From positions 11,926 to 75,925 of the forward strand of contig JAGNZI010000001.1 of assembly GCA_017984495.1 (NCBI GenBank): 64,000 nucleotides of DNA. The letters are read 5' to 3'. Below the pieces are notes generated by a model, which saw nothing but the letters and a program-made list of their open reading frames with translations, was not told where the DNA came from and did no database searches. Source of the stretch: Flavobacterium sp. (lineage in GTDB: Bacteria; Bacteroidota; Bacteroidia; Flavobacteriales; Flavobacteriaceae). Shown piece by piece: positions 52,495-63,396 of the stretch (position 1 is its first letter; every line of letters starts with the position of its first letter). The translations under genes and the position numbers were made by a program.

Positions 52495-53100
52495 CCAATA
52501 CGCCATCAGTACTACTTGAGGAAGCATGCCCAGAAGTATCCCAGCCACTAATTCAATGGGAGTATGCGCCTTTTTATACAATCTTGAAGAGGCTACACAT
52601 CCCATAAAAAGAATGCATAAGCCAATACTATACGTAAAAGGCAATTGATAATAGCTGCTCAAACCGTAAATAAAAGCCGTTAAAGCACTAATTCCCATCA
52701 TGTGTAAACTGGCCTTAAATTTAAGCAAAACAGCAGCAAGCATTAACACGGCGCTGATTAAGCCTCCAAAATAGAAATAATACAATTCCGTAAAAACTTC
52801 TTTCGAAATACTGTACTTAACTAATAAAAGCAGTAATAAAGCCTGAATGGCAATCGGCATTTGTCGTTCTTTTAAACTGGCTTCGGTAAACGATTGCAGC
52901 TTGCCCAACGAGCGAAATAAAAAATACATCGACAACGGCAGTAAGAGTGTTACGATAACAACTTGTAGTAATGTCACGTAAATTTGAGGGGCGTAGTAGA
53001 AATTTTTCGCAATGGCAAAGAAAAATAATGTTCCGTATAAGGAAATAAAGATGGGATGAAAAACATAGGAAAAAACAGGTAAAATCTTTTTAGCGTCCAT
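52489..53100 (-). CDS. integral membrane protein, PAP2-like
   Basis: FHP, KASLH, SSRLY..AH...E motifs; six or seven TM segments; ATG immediately after the rpoN stop. Confidence 0.65.
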   Translation of the reverse strand: MDAKKILPVFSYVFHPIFISLYGTLFFFAIAKNFYYAPQIYVTLLQVVIVTLLLPLSMYFLFRSLGKLQSFTEASLKERQMPIAIQALLLLLLVKYSISKEVFTELYYFYFGGLISAVLMLAAVLLKFKASLHMMGISALTAFIYGLSSYYQLPFTYSIGLCILFMGCVASSRLYKKAHTPIELVAGILLGMLPQVVLMAYWL

Positions 53101-53101
53101 C

Positions 53102-54571
53102 TTATATTTTTTTTCGCAAACGGGCAACAGGAATGTCTAATTGTTCTCTATATTTTGCGATGGTTCGACGCGCAATAGGATACCCTTTTTCTTTTAAAAT
53201 TTCGGCCAATTGGTCATCGGGTAATGGTTTCTTTTTGTCTTCCTCTGATATGACCTGTTGTAAAATGTTTTTTATCTCTATGGTTGAAACTTCTTCCCCT
53301 TGATCATTGGTCATCGATTCACTGAAAAATTCTTTGATTAATTTGGTTCCATAAGGCGTGTCAACATATTTGCTATTGGCCACGCGAGAAATGGTAGAAA
53401 TATCTAAGCCTACGAGGTCGGCAATATCTTTTAGAATCATTGGGCGAAGTTTAGCTTCTTCTCCTTCCAAAAAATAGTCCCGCTGATAGTACATGATGGC
53501 ATTCATGGTAACATACAGCGTTTCGTTTCGCTGCTTGATGGCATCAATAAACCATTTGGCTGAATCTAATTTTTGTTTGATAAATTGTACGGCCTCTTTT
53601 TGTGCTGTGGACCGATCGGCCGTGTCTTTGTAACTTCGCAACATTTCCTGATAATCTTTGGACACGTGCAATTCTGGAGCATTTCTTCCGTTCAATAGCA
53701 ATTCCAATTCGCCGTCGACAATTCGAATGGTAAAATCTGGCACAATGTGTTCGATCATTTTTTGATTGCCATCAAAACTACCTCCTGGTTTCGGATTTAG
53801 TTTTTCAATTTCATCAATTGCTTTTTTGAGTTGTTGTTGGGAAACATCAAATTTTTGCAACAATTTATCATAATGTTTCTTACTGAACGCTTCAAACTGT
53901 TGTTCGATAATGTTGATGGCCAATACAAGTCCTTCTGAAGGCGTTTTGTGTTTTAATTGAAGCAACAGGCATTCTTGCAAATCGCGTGCGCCTACGCCCA
54001 CAGGTTCCAATTCTTGCACCAAATGTAAAATGCGTTCGACAGAGGCTTCATCTGTATAAATACCTTGTGTAAAAGCTAAATCGTCTACGATATCTTGTGT
54101 GGTTCTTCGTATGTAACCCATATCGTCAATACTGCCCACCAAAAATTCGGCAATATCCCGTTCGTCTTCCCGTAAAATAAACGTGTTTAACTGATTGATT
54201 AAATCTTGGTGAAAACTAACAGGTGCAGCAAATGGAGTGGATCGGTCTTCATCGTCATCGCTGTAATTGTTGATTTGGTATTTGTAATCTGGGGTTTCGT
54301 CGTTGCTTAAATATTCGTCGATATTAATGTCTTGAGCATCAATACGGTCGTTGTCAAAATCATCATAATCATCTTCATTGGCGTTTACTTCATAATCATC
54401 GCGCTCATATTCCTCTTCTTTGCTGCTTTCTTCTAATGCGGGATTCTCCACTAATTCCTCTTGAAGACGCTGTTCAAAAGCTTGAGTAGGCAATTGAATC
54501 AACTTCATCAACTGAATTTGTTGCGGCGATAATTTTTGCGATAATTTGAACTGTAAACTGTGTTTTAACAT
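53102..54571 (-). CDS. rpoN: RNA polymerase sigma-54 factor
   Basis: Q-rich region I, GVGARDLQECL, STISRV, RpoN box ARRTIAKYRE. Confidence 0.97.
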   Translation of the reverse strand: MLKHSLQFKLSQKLSPQQIQLMKLIQLPTQAFEQRLQEELVENPALEESSKEEEYERDDYEVNANEDDYDDFDNDRIDAQDINIDEYLSNDETPDYKYQINNYSDDDEDRSTPFAAPVSFHQDLINQLNTFILREDERDIAEFLVGSIDDMGYIRRTTQDIVDDLAFTQGIYTDEASVERILHLVQELEPVGVGARDLQECLLLQLKHKTPSEGLVLAINIIEQQFEAFSKKHYDKLLQKFDVSQQQLKKAIDEIEKLNPKPGGSFDGNQKMIEHIVPDFTIRIVDGELELLLNGRNAPELHVSKDYQEMLRSYKDTADRSTAQKEAVQFIKQKLDSAKWFIDAIKQRNETLYVTMNAIMYYQRDYFLEGEEAKLRPMILKDIADLVGLDISTISRVANSKYVDTPYGTKLIKEFFSESMTNDQGEEVSTIEIKNILQQVISEEDKKKPLPDDQLAEILKEKGYPIARRTIAKYREQLDIPVARLRKKI

Positions 54572-54580
54572 TATATTTAG

Positions 54581-54640
54581 CTTTAAGCTTTTTGCATTAT
54601 ACTTTAAGCCTATTGCCTAATGCCTAATGCTAATGCCTTA
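54581..54640. repeat. degenerate 7-bp tandem array filling the asnS-rpoN gap
   Basis: CTTTAAG CTTTTTG CATTATA CTTTAAG CCTATTG CCTAATG CCTAATG CTAATG CCTTA. Confidence 0.75.
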
Positions 54641-56077
54641 TTAAAACTCTGCGTTCTGTGGGGTTCTTGGAAACGGTATTACGTCTCTAATGTTGGTCAT
54701 TCCTGTTACAAAAAGTACCAAACGTTCAAATCCTAATCCAAATCCTGAGTGTACGGCAGATCCAAATCTTCGGGTATCCAAATACCACCACAATTCCTCC
54801 TCGTCGATACCTAAGGCTTTCATTTTTTCTACCAATACGTCATAGCGTTCTTCTCTTTGCGAACCGCCCACAATTTCTCCAATTCCCGGGAATAAGATAT
54901 CCATGGCGCGCACCGTTTTTCCGTCTTCATTTAAACGCATATAAAACGCTTTTATTTTTGCAGGATAATCAAATAATATTACCGGACATTTGAAGTGTTT
55001 TTCTACTAAGAAACGTTCGTGTTCGCTTTGTAAATCGGCACCCCATTCGTTAATAATGTATTGGAATTTTTTCTTTTTATTGGGAGTAGAATCTTTTAAA
55101 ATATCAATAGCTTCGGTATAAGAAACGCGTTTGAAGTTGTTTTCTAATACAAAGTTTAATTTTTCTAACAACGCCATTTCGCTTCGATCGGCTTGTGGTT
55201 TTGCTTTTTCTTCTTCGAGTAGTCGACCTTCTAAAAATTTCAAGTCGTCGCCACATTTATCAACGGTATATTTGATGACATATTTAATAAAATCTTCGGC
55301 TAAATCCATGTTATCCGCTAAATCATTAAACGCTACTTCTGGCTCAATCATCCAAAATTCGGCCAAGTGACGTGAGGTGTTGGAATTCTCCGCACGGAAC
55401 GTAGGTCCGAACGTATAAATTTGACCCAATGCCATTGCAAAAGTTTCGCCTTCTAATTGTCCCGAAACCGTAAGATTGGTTTGTTTGCCGAAAAAGTCTT
55501 CTTTATAGTTGATGGCTCCGTCTTCTGTTCTGGGTGCAGATCCATCAATAGGTAGTGCTGTAACTTGAAACATTTCGCCGGCTCCTTCTGCATCTGACCC
55601 AGTAATGATAGGGGTATTCACATAGAAAAACCCTTTTTCTTGAAAGTATTGGTGCACCGCAAAAGAGAGGGTTGAACGCACACGCATTACTGCTCCAAAA
55701 GTATTTGTTCTCACTCGCAAATGCGCATTTTCACGAAGAAATTCTAACGAGTGTTTTTTGGGTTGCATGGGAAATTTTTCCGCGTCGCTATCCCCTAAAA
55801 TTTCTAATTTGGTGACTTGAATTTCTACTTTTTGTCCCGCACCACGACTTTCGGCCAAGGTACCGGTAACGCAAATAGCCGCTCCAGTAGTAATTCTTTT
55901 TAAGGTTTCTTCTGCGGTGTTTTCAAAATCAACAACGCACTGAATATTATGTAGGGTTGAACCATCGTTCAACGCAATAAATTGATTGTTTCTAAATGTT
56001 CTAACCCAACCTTTAGCCGTTACTTCATGTAGCGTTTTCGAACTGTTTAAAAGGTCTATTACTTTTGAGTGTTTCAT
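54641..56077 (-). CDS. asnS: asparagine--tRNA ligase
   Basis: [45 protein letters not shown]. Confidence 0.98.
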   Translation of the reverse strand: MKHSKVIDLLNSSKTLHEVTAKGWVRTFRNNQFIALNDGSTLHNIQCVVDFENTAEETLKRITTGAAICVTGTLAESRGAGQKVEIQVTKLEILGDSDAEKFPMQPKKHSLEFLRENAHLRVRTNTFGAVMRVRSTLSFAVHQYFQEKGFFYVNTPIITGSDAEGAGEMFQVTALPIDGSAPRTEDGAINYKEDFFGKQTNLTVSGQLEGETFAMALGQIYTFGPTFRAENSNTSRHLAEFWMIEPEVAFNDLADNMDLAEDFIKYVIKYTVDKCGDDLKFLEGRLLEEEKAKPQADRSEMALLEKLNFVLENNFKRVSYTEAIDILKDSTPNKKKKFQYIINEWGADLQSEHERFLVEKHFKCPVILFDYPAKIKAFYMRLNEDGKTVRAMDILFPGIGEIVGGSQREERYDVLVEKMKALGIDEEELWWYLDTRRFGSAVHSGFGLGFERLVLFVTGMTNIRDVIPFPRTPQNAEF

Positions 56078-56194
56078 TTTCAAATTTATTTATATGCAAA
56101 CCTACATAAAATTTCAATATTATATAAGGCTTTCAAGTTTATTGTGTAGGTTCTTTCTTTCCTTCGGCAAAGATAATACTAAAGGAAAAATATA

Positions 56195-58654
56195 TTATTT
56201 CTCGTTTGAATTTTCTGCTTCAAAATCGTCTTCAGAAAATCCATTTGTTTTAATATTAGCGACGGCGCCAACTTCTTCATCACTTAAGATGTTGATGGTT
56301 GGTGCCACAAATTCTTGCTCATTGGCCAATTTTTTATTTAGGGTCAATACTAACGAAGGCAATAAGACCAAATTTGACAACATGCCAAACAATAATGTGA
56401 TGGAAACCAAACCGCCTAATGCAATGGTTCCGCCAAAACTAGACAACATAAATACTGAAAATCCTGAAAACAAAACTACCGAAGTATAGAACATACTCAA
56501 CCCCGATTCGTTAATGGTTGCAAAAACAGATTTTTTAATTTTCCAATGGTTGCGCGTTAAGGATTGACGGTATTCTGCTAGAAATCGTATCGTATCATCA
56601 ACAGATAGTCCAAAAGCAATTCCAAACACTAAAATGGTCGAAGGTTTTAACGGGATATTAAAATACCCCATGATTCCGGCGGTCATTAATAAAGGCAATA
56701 AATTGGGCAATAAAGCCACCAAGATCATTTTAAGCGATCGAAACATAAAGGCGATTAATAATGCCGTTATGAATACCGACAACAACAACGATTGCAGTAA
56801 ATTGTCTAATAAATATTTAGTTCCTTTTTGAAACACCACCGCTTTTCCAGTGATGGAAACTGCGTATCGTTCTTTTGGGAAAAGTTCGTTGATTTTGCGC
56901 TGCAATTTTGCTTCAATCCAATCTAAATTATTGATGCCTTCATCTTTAATAAAAGTAGTAATTCGCGTGTATTGGCCCGTTGCATCAACATAACTTTTCA
57001 TCATATTGTTTGGACTGTTTTTTACCGAATTTTTGGCAAAAGAGAGTATAAAAGCTTGTTCTTGTGAAGAAGGTAATTCGTAATATTCAGGATTATTATT
57101 ATAATAAGCTTGTTTAGAATACTTGACCAAATTAACGATAGAAATCGGTTTTGATAATTCGGGAATGGAATCAATCGTTTGTTGCAACTCATCCATTCTT
57201 TTTAAGGTTGCTAATTTCATGACCCCTTTTTTCTTTTTGGTGTCAATTAGTATTTCAATTGGCATAACCCCATCAAATTCCTTTTCAAAAAACACAATAT
57301 CATCATAGAAGGCTGCTTTTTTTGGCATGTCTTCTATTAAACTTCCAGAAATCCGCATTTTGAAAATCCCTAAAGTGCCCGAAGTTAGCAATACGATTAC
57401 CACAACATACACTATGGTTCTTCTGTTTTTTATGGTTTTTTGCACCCAGTTTAAAAAACGAACAGCATAGCTTCGTTCCAAATGATCCAAATGGCGTTCT
57501 TTGGGAATAGACATGTAACTGTAGGCTACCGGAATTACAAAAAGACACAAGAAGAATAAGGCGATAATATTGATAGACGTTACCACGCCAAATTCTTTTA
57601 AAAGTTCATTATTGGTTACTATAAACGTTGCAAAACCAAATGAAGTGGTAAGATTGGTAATCAAGGTAGGTGTTCCCACTTTTGTGATGACACGGACTAA
57701 TGCTTTCGCTTGATTGCCATGTATTCTGCATTCTTGATGGTATTTGTTGGTTAAGAAAATACAATTTGGAATTCCAATGACGATCATTAGTGTGGGAACC
57801 AATGCAGTTAGAACGGTAATTTCATAACGCAGTAATCCCAAGAAACCAAACGACCACATGACGCCAATAATAACAATACACATTGAAATTAAAGTCGTTC
57901 GGAAGGATCTAAAAAAGAAAAAGAAAATCAAAGAAGTTATCCCCAATGCCGCTCCAATAAAGAGACTAATTTCGCTAATGATATATTCAGAATTGAGCGA
58001 TCGAATATAAGGCATACCCGAAACGTGCAAATCTACTTTTGTTTCGTTTTCAAAAGCTTCAATGGCGGGTATAATTTTATGCAGCACTAAATTTTTGCGT
58101 TCGGGGGTATTTACAATTTTTTTATCCAAATAAATAGCCGATCGAATGACTCCCGAGTCGTTGTACAATAAGCCTTCATAAAAAGGCATTTGGGTACGTA
58201 ATTCGTTCTTTTTTTCGTTTAAATAAGCAGCATTTTTTGTTTGTAAAGGATCAATTAATGCGGTCAATTCAAAGGAAGAGAGGCTGTCGTTTTTTTGTAA
58301 TTTTTTTAAGTCGTTAAGCGAAATTATTCCGTCGACTTCTCGGTTTTTTTTGAGCTGAAGCATCAACTTCTCCCATGCAGTATAAATTTTTGGTGTAAAA
58401 ATTTGGTGGTCTTGTATGCCAATTACGATGAGGTTGCCTTCCTCACCAAATTTTTCTAAAAAAGTATTGTATTCTATATTTGCTTTTTCAGAGGCGGGTA
58501 ACAGATTGGCTTCAGTGTTGGTAAATTTTATATACTTCCATTGCGAAGCCATAAAAACGGTAAATAGCGCAACGACTCCTAATAAACCTATTCTGTTTCG
58601 TAAAATTTTACTGGCGATAAAATCCCAAAAATTGGTGTTGAACCACTTTAACAT
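56195..58654 (-). CDS. MMPL/RND-family transporter
   Basis: Two 6-TM repeats with periplasmic loops; GLSVDD; TACCTTTG box at 58673-58680 on -. Confidence 0.85.
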   Translation of the reverse strand: MLKWFNTNFWDFIASKILRNRIGLLGVVALFTVFMASQWKYIKFTNTEANLLPASEKANIEYNTFLEKFGEEGNLIVIGIQDHQIFTPKIYTAWEKLMLQLKKNREVDGIISLNDLKKLQKNDSLSSFELTALIDPLQTKNAAYLNEKKNELRTQMPFYEGLLYNDSGVIRSAIYLDKKIVNTPERKNLVLHKIIPAIEAFENETKVDLHVSGMPYIRSLNSEYIISEISLFIGAALGITSLIFFFFFRSFRTTLISMCIVIIGVMWSFGFLGLLRYEITVLTALVPTLMIVIGIPNCIFLTNKYHQECRIHGNQAKALVRVITKVGTPTLITNLTTSFGFATFIVTNNELLKEFGVVTSINIIALFFLCLFVIPVAYSYMSIPKERHLDHLERSYAVRFLNWVQKTIKNRRTIVYVVVIVLLTSGTLGIFKMRISGSLIEDMPKKAAFYDDIVFFEKEFDGVMPIEILIDTKKKKGVMKLATLKRMDELQQTIDSIPELSKPISIVNLVKYSKQAYYNNNPEYYELPSSQEQAFILSFAKNSVKNSPNNMMKSYVDATGQYTRITTFIKDEGINNLDWIEAKLQRKINELFPKERYAVSITGKAVVFQKGTKYLLDNLLQSLLLSVFITALLIAFMFRSLKMILVALLPNLLPLLMTAGIMGYFNIPLKPSTILVFGIAFGLSVDDTIRFLAEYRQSLTRNHWKIKKSVFATINESGLSMFYTSVVLFSGFSVFMLSSFGGTIALGGLVSITLLFGMLSNLVLLPSLVLTLNKKLANEQEFVAPTINILSDEEVGAVANIKTNGFSEDDFEAENSNEK

Positions 58655-58729
58655 TTCTCAAAAATTAAGTGGCAAAGGTAGGGATTCTTGCTCAATTAAT
58701 GGGTTTACAAAGGCAGAATTTATGGATAA

Positions 58730-61219
58730 TTATATCCCTAAATCCAACAGAAAAGAAATTTTTAAAGCGATGTTGTCTGCAAAATTTGCCAATTGATAGG
58801 GTCCGTATCGGTAAAAGGCAACTAATCCAAATCCTTTGAATAGTTTATTGCATTCTACACCACTTTCAAAGAACCCTTTTTCCATGGTGTTATAGGTAAT
58901 TCCGAGGTGTTGTGTAGCTTGATTGTTGGAGCCAAATGCCATGCGGGTAACTAGGGTGAATTCTGGATTGATTTTTGGGGCCAATTGTATTTTGTTAAAG
59001 GTGTGTTTTAGTTGTAAGGAAGCGTATTTATTAGAGAAAAATTCGTTGAAATACATGGTTTCAAAACTATTTTTTCCAGAAAATGTAATCCGTTGCAATA
59101 CCGAATCTTGATTCAAATTATTGGGCTGTATGCTGTATAAATGAGTAATTGGCACCGCTCCGAAAGCAATTCCGGTTTGCACCAAAACAGAGCTTTTTTG
59201 TCCCGATAAATAAGGGAGTTCGTAATAGGTTTTAAAATCTATCTTGGAAAATTCAAAGTCATTGCCCAAAATTTTTGGCAAGGTCTGGGTATATTGGATA
59301 GAGAATTTTGGATGGCGTTTTTCTATTTCAATTTTTTCAAAAGGAGTTTGCATGTAATCACTAAAGGGGTTCCATTGGAATCCCAGTTGGAGCGCTGTGA
59401 TGGAATAATCGTTATAGGCCATCCCATTGTTTACGAAAGTATAGTCGAATAAGGGTTGAATTTTACTGTTTGTTAGTGCAAAATAGCTTGCTGTTTTTGG
59501 TAAAATTTTACTTTCAACAAAAATAGAAGTGTTTTTATTGTTGTAGAATGTAGTAATATTAAAGGGGCGGGGATCGTATATCTTAAACCGTCGGGCATCT
59601 GTTGCAAAATTAGTTTGGGCTATTTCTGTAATTTCATTTGAGTATGAGGCACTAATCCACGTTTCGGAGGTTTTATCGGATAAATAAGACGGTGTTATGC
59701 CATACTTAGTTTCTGTATCTTTTAATCCGTAAGCCCCATAAAAGGCAATCTTGTATCGGGAAGAGAGTTTGCTATTTGTTACGCCCCCCAATCCAAATCT
59801 AAACCCTTCGTAATGATTGTATTTAACAAGACTTCTAAGGTCGATATCTATTATAGAAACAGGAAAATAACCGTTCATAATTTTTCGGCCCAGAAAAATT
59901 TTATGCTCGATTTTCTCTGAAAGGGATAGACTATCAATAGTCGTATAGGTTTTAATTTTTCGTGGATCTAAGGTGTCTTTTGTAAAAGTTGTCCAATATT
60001 CCCCTGATTTTTTTAAACTCGTTACAGGAACTTCAATTTTTATAGTAGGTTTTGAAACGATTATTGGCTTGTTTATTTCAACATCAAAAGGTATTGATTC
60101 GAGGTATAAATAGGTTTGGTCGGTAGCGTCTTTGCGTTTGCTAAAATCGAGAGACGAACTGAATTTTAAAGTGCCGCCTAATAGATTGATGTCGTCATAA
60201 TTTGTACCTTTCTGAACTTTAAAAAAGCGCTTTTCAGGAAACCAAAGTTGTTCCTCTTTTAAGTAGTTAAAGGTGTAGGTGGCTTGTATGTTAACCACAC
60301 CATAAATCCGATAGTATGCTTTTGAAATGGCATAGGTTTCAGAATCGATATACAACAAACCTCGTAATTTATTTCCGTTGAATTTTTTGGGTTGGAAATA
60401 AATACGAAATGCTTTCCGTCCCGCAATGGAAACAGTATCAATCAATTTATACGAATACAGTCGTCTTCCGTAGTTTGAAATGGGGTTTTGAACCGGAATT
60501 TCGAGTATTTCAACTGGGTTTTCATACACAGAATAGGACACCAATTTTAGTCCGAGATATTCGTAAAGTGGCCGATCAAACCCAGCCATTCGTGTGGCTA
60601 AAATGGTTTCTTTACTTTTATTATTCGCAAACTGAATCAAATTTACTTTTTCGGTTTGATACAAATGTTGTTTTTCAACTACTTTTTTGAATTTATAATT
60701 GGTTGAGTCAATTTTTATTAGGGGTTTTCTAAGCCATCTATTTTTGAAGATCGTATCTATTTTTGGCGAAATGCTATCGGGGTTTGCGGTTACTTGAAGG
60801 TATTCATAGTTTTTATATTGAAAACTAGAAAGGACTTTTGTAGGATCGTTCTTTTTTTTATTTTCAATAACCTTTTTTATGATGTTATTTACCTCAATTT
60901 CTGAATAAATTTCCTTTTGTTTACTGCTTAAATTAGGAATCAATTTAATGGTAATCCTTGGATTTGAAACATTGGGATAGGCTATTTTCTCGTGATAGCC
61001 GGGGTAATTAACTTTTATAGGGAGTTTGGCATCTTCAACGATTAAATTAAATTTTCCTTCCCAATCGGCATTTATAGTTGTTTTATTGTAGGTAATCGGG
61101 GCAAATGCGATAGGGACGGTGCTGTCAAAATCAATAACCTGCCCATGGATATTGGTTTGTGCTATCAAGCTTGAAGAAAAAAGTAAACATAATATGGACC
61201 AAAAATAGTTCATGAGCAT
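58730..61219 (-). CDS. DUF5686 / carboxypeptidase-regulatory-like outer membrane protein
   Basis: Signal peptide, N-terminal G.V.D..PI.FA..G.F domain, YN.YEGFR.G barrel motif; start placed downstream of the -7 box at 61234-61241. Confidence 0.75.
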   Translation of the reverse strand: MLMNYFWSILCLLFSSSLIAQTNIHGQVIDFDSTVPIAFAPITYNKTTINADWEGKFNLIVEDAKLPIKVNYPGYHEKIAYPNVSNPRITIKLIPNLSSKQKEIYSEIEVNNIIKKVIENKKKNDPTKVLSSFQYKNYEYLQVTANPDSISPKIDTIFKNRWLRKPLIKIDSTNYKFKKVVEKQHLYQTEKVNLIQFANNKSKETILATRMAGFDRPLYEYLGLKLVSYSVYENPVEILEIPVQNPISNYGRRLYSYKLIDTVSIAGRKAFRIYFQPKKFNGNKLRGLLYIDSETYAISKAYYRIYGVVNIQATYTFNYLKEEQLWFPEKRFFKVQKGTNYDDINLLGGTLKFSSSLDFSKRKDATDQTYLYLESIPFDVEINKPIIVSKPTIKIEVPVTSLKKSGEYWTTFTKDTLDPRKIKTYTTIDSLSLSEKIEHKIFLGRKIMNGYFPVSIIDIDLRSLVKYNHYEGFRFGLGGVTNSKLSSRYKIAFYGAYGLKDTETKYGITPSYLSDKTSETWISASYSNEITEIAQTNFATDARRFKIYDPRPFNITTFYNNKNTSIFVESKILPKTASYFALTNSKIQPLFDYTFVNNGMAYNDYSITALQLGFQWNPFSDYMQTPFEKIEIEKRHPKFSIQYTQTLPKILGNDFEFSKIDFKTYYELPYLSGQKSSVLVQTGIAFGAVPITHLYSIQPNNLNQDSVLQRITFSGKNSFETMYFNEFFSNKYASLQLKHTFNKIQLAPKINPEFTLVTRMAFGSNNQATQHLGITYNTMEKGFFESGVECNKLFKGFGLVAFYRYGPYQLANFADNIALKISFLLDLGI

Positions 61220-61246
61220 TTTTCTATAGAGCACAAAGATATTTAA

Positions 61247-61277
61247 AATAAAAAATCCCGAGTGTGAATCGGGATTT
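61247..61277 (-). terminator. terminator after frr
   Basis: AAATCCCGA-N7-TCGGGATTT with a U tract on -. Confidence 0.75.
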
Positions 61278-61281
61278 AAAT

Positions 61282-61845
61282 TTATACTTTCATAATTTCA
61301 GCTTCTTTAACAACTAAAATATCGTCAATTTTCTTAATAAAAGAATCCGTTAATTTTTGAACGTCATCTTCTGCTTTTTTACAGATGTCCTCTGCAGTGC
61401 CCTCTTTTTCTTCTTTTTTGATGTCGGAATTGGCGTCTTTTCTGTGATTTCTAATTCCAATTTTTGCTTCTTCTGCTTCTGCCTTAGCTTGTTTTACTAA
61501 GTCGCGTCTTCTCTCTTCCGTCAACGCTGGGATATTGATGATAATATTATCACCATTGTTCATCGGATTTAAACCTAAGTTGGCAATCATGATGGCTTTT
61601 TCAATAGGATGCAACATGTTTTTTTCCCAAGGCGTAACCGTTAGTGTTCGTGCATCGGCAGCATTAATATTGGCGACTTGTGATAAGGGTGTTTGCGAAC
61701 CGTAATAATCTACAAAAACACCTCCAAGCATTTGAGGGGAAGCTTTGCCCGCTCTAATGTTTAAAAATTCTTTTTCTAAATGGGCAACAGAACCCAACAT
61801 TGCTTCTTTAGCACTTTCTAAAATAAAGTTAATTTCTTCTGTCAT
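61282..61845 (-). CDS. frr: ribosome recycling factor
   Basis: IRAGKA, VDYYG..TPL.QVA, P.LTEERR, RNHR. Confidence 0.97.
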   Translation of the reverse strand: MTEEINFILESAKEAMLGSVAHLEKEFLNIRAGKASPQMLGGVFVDYYGSQTPLSQVANINAADARTLTVTPWEKNMLHPIEKAIMIANLGLNPMNNGDNIIINIPALTEERRRDLVKQAKAEAEEAKIGIRNHRKDANSDIKKEEKEGTAEDICKKAEDDVQKLTDSFIKKIDDILVVKEAEIMKV

Positions 61846-61869
61846 TTCTCTAAATTTTTACTTCGCACT

Positions 61870-62577
61870 TTATATGGTTACCGTTGTTCCAACTGTATCT
61901 CCGTTACATACTTTTAATAAATTACCGGCCTTATTCATGTCAAAGACAATTATTGGTAATTTGTTTTCTTGACTCAATGTAAAAGCGGTCGTATCCATTA
62001 CATTCAATCCTTTTGCCAATACGTCTTCAAATGAAATGTAATCAAATTTTACAGCATCTGCATTTTTTTCAGGATCCGATGTGTATACACCGTCTACACG
62101 GGTACCTTTTAATATTACATCTGCACTTACTTCAATACCTCTTAATACAGCTGCAGTGTCGGTTGTAAAATATGGATTTCCAGTGCCTGCACCAAAAATA
62201 ACAATTCGTCCTTTTTCGAGATGGCGAGTAGCTTTTCTTTTGATATAAGGTTCAGCAATAGCTTCAATTTTTAATGCTGTTTGCAAACGCGTCTGCATTC
62301 CTGCTTCTTCCAAGGCGCCTTGTAATGCCATGCCATTAATTACAGTAGCCAGCATTCCCATATAATCGCCCTGCACTCTGTCCATTCCATTACTTGCGCC
62401 TGAGACTCCTCTAAAAATATTACCTCCACCAATAACGATAGCGATTTCTATTCCTTTGTCATGAATCTGTTTGATCTCTGTAGCATATTCTGCCAATCGT
62501 TGGGGATCGATACCATATTGGCGATCACCCATTAAGGCTTCGCCGCTTAATTTTAGAAGAATTCTTTTGTACTTCAT
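61870..62577 (-). CDS. pyrH: UMP kinase
   Basis: [29 protein letters not shown]; ATG at 62577 with TATATTTG box at 62600-62607 on -. Confidence 0.97.
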   Translation of the reverse strand: MKYKRILLKLSGEALMGDRQYGIDPQRLAEYATEIKQIHDKGIEIAIVIGGGNIFRGVSGASNGMDRVQGDYMGMLATVINGMALQGALEEAGMQTRLQTALKIEAIAEPYIKRKATRHLEKGRIVIFGAGTGNPYFTTDTAAVLRGIEVSADVILKGTRVDGVYTSDPEKNADAVKFDYISFEDVLAKGLNVMDTTAFTLSQENKLPIIVFDMNKAGNLLKVCNGDTVGTTVTI

Positions 62578-62779
62578 TAGAATGAATTGTTTTGTTGTGC
62601 AAATATAGTTAATTCGTTTTTTCCTAAAAAAAATGTAAGCAACATTTATGCGAACAAATGTATAATTTAGAGTCATGCGTGATAATGAGCCTAAATAATT
62701 TCGATTAACGCTGCTCTTGTGTAACATATCTTACCAAGATTTTCCAATAATTGAATTATTTTTGTAGCATAAAAAAAAG

Positions 62780-63382
62780 ATGATGAAAGAAATAATTCAA
62801 AATGCGATACAAAATAGTTTTTCTTATGCCGAATACCGAAAATTAGCTTCGGATTTGGTTGCACAAGGGAAGCCAACAGGACATGATCTTTCGGAAGCAT
62901 TAGCACATTATGCCGAGTTGAACGAAACCCGAATGAATCGTTTGGAGAAAACCATTACCCTAACCGACGCAGTCATTCAAACGCTACAAAACAGTTCTAA
63001 AAATGTTATTTGGTTGGTATTAGCTGAAAGCTGGTGCGGCGATGCGGCACAAATTTTGCCGGTTTTAAATAAAATGAGTGAGGCATCAAATACCATCCAA
63101 CTTAATATTGTATTGCGAGATGATCATGACGCTCTTATGCAGCTGTTTCTAACTAACGGCGCAAAGTCCATTCCAAAATTAATCATTTTAGACGCTCAAA
63201 CATTAAACGTAGTTGCCGATTGGGGTCCTCGTCCTCTTGGGGCTAAACAATTGATTGAAGAATACAAAGCCACTCACGGAGTAGTGGATGAAACTGGAAA
63301 AATTGAATTGCAAAAATGGTATTTACACGATAAAGGCATCTCCATTCAGCAAGAAATTTTGGAAATCATGCGTCAATTCTAA
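62780..63382 (+). CDS. thioredoxin family protein (Thioredoxin_9-like, WCGDA)
   Basis: ESWCGDA, FLTNGAKSIPK, WGPRP. Confidence 0.85.
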   Translation: MMKEIIQNAIQNSFSYAEYRKLASDLVAQGKPTGHDLSEALAHYAELNETRMNRLEKTITLTDAVIQTLQNSSKNVIWLVLAESWCGDAAQILPVLNKMSEASNTIQLNIVLRDDHDALMQLFLTNGAKSIPKLIILDAQTLNVVADWGPRPLGAKQLIEEYKATHGVVDETGKIELQKWYLHDKGISIQQEILEIMRQF

Positions 63383-63396
63383 ATACCTTTTTGGAT

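Noticed and set aside
62642-62696. Two weak inverted repeats between pyrH and the thioredoxin gene
   Set aside because: The stems are short, AT-rich and mismatched, which is insufficient support for an RNA or operator.
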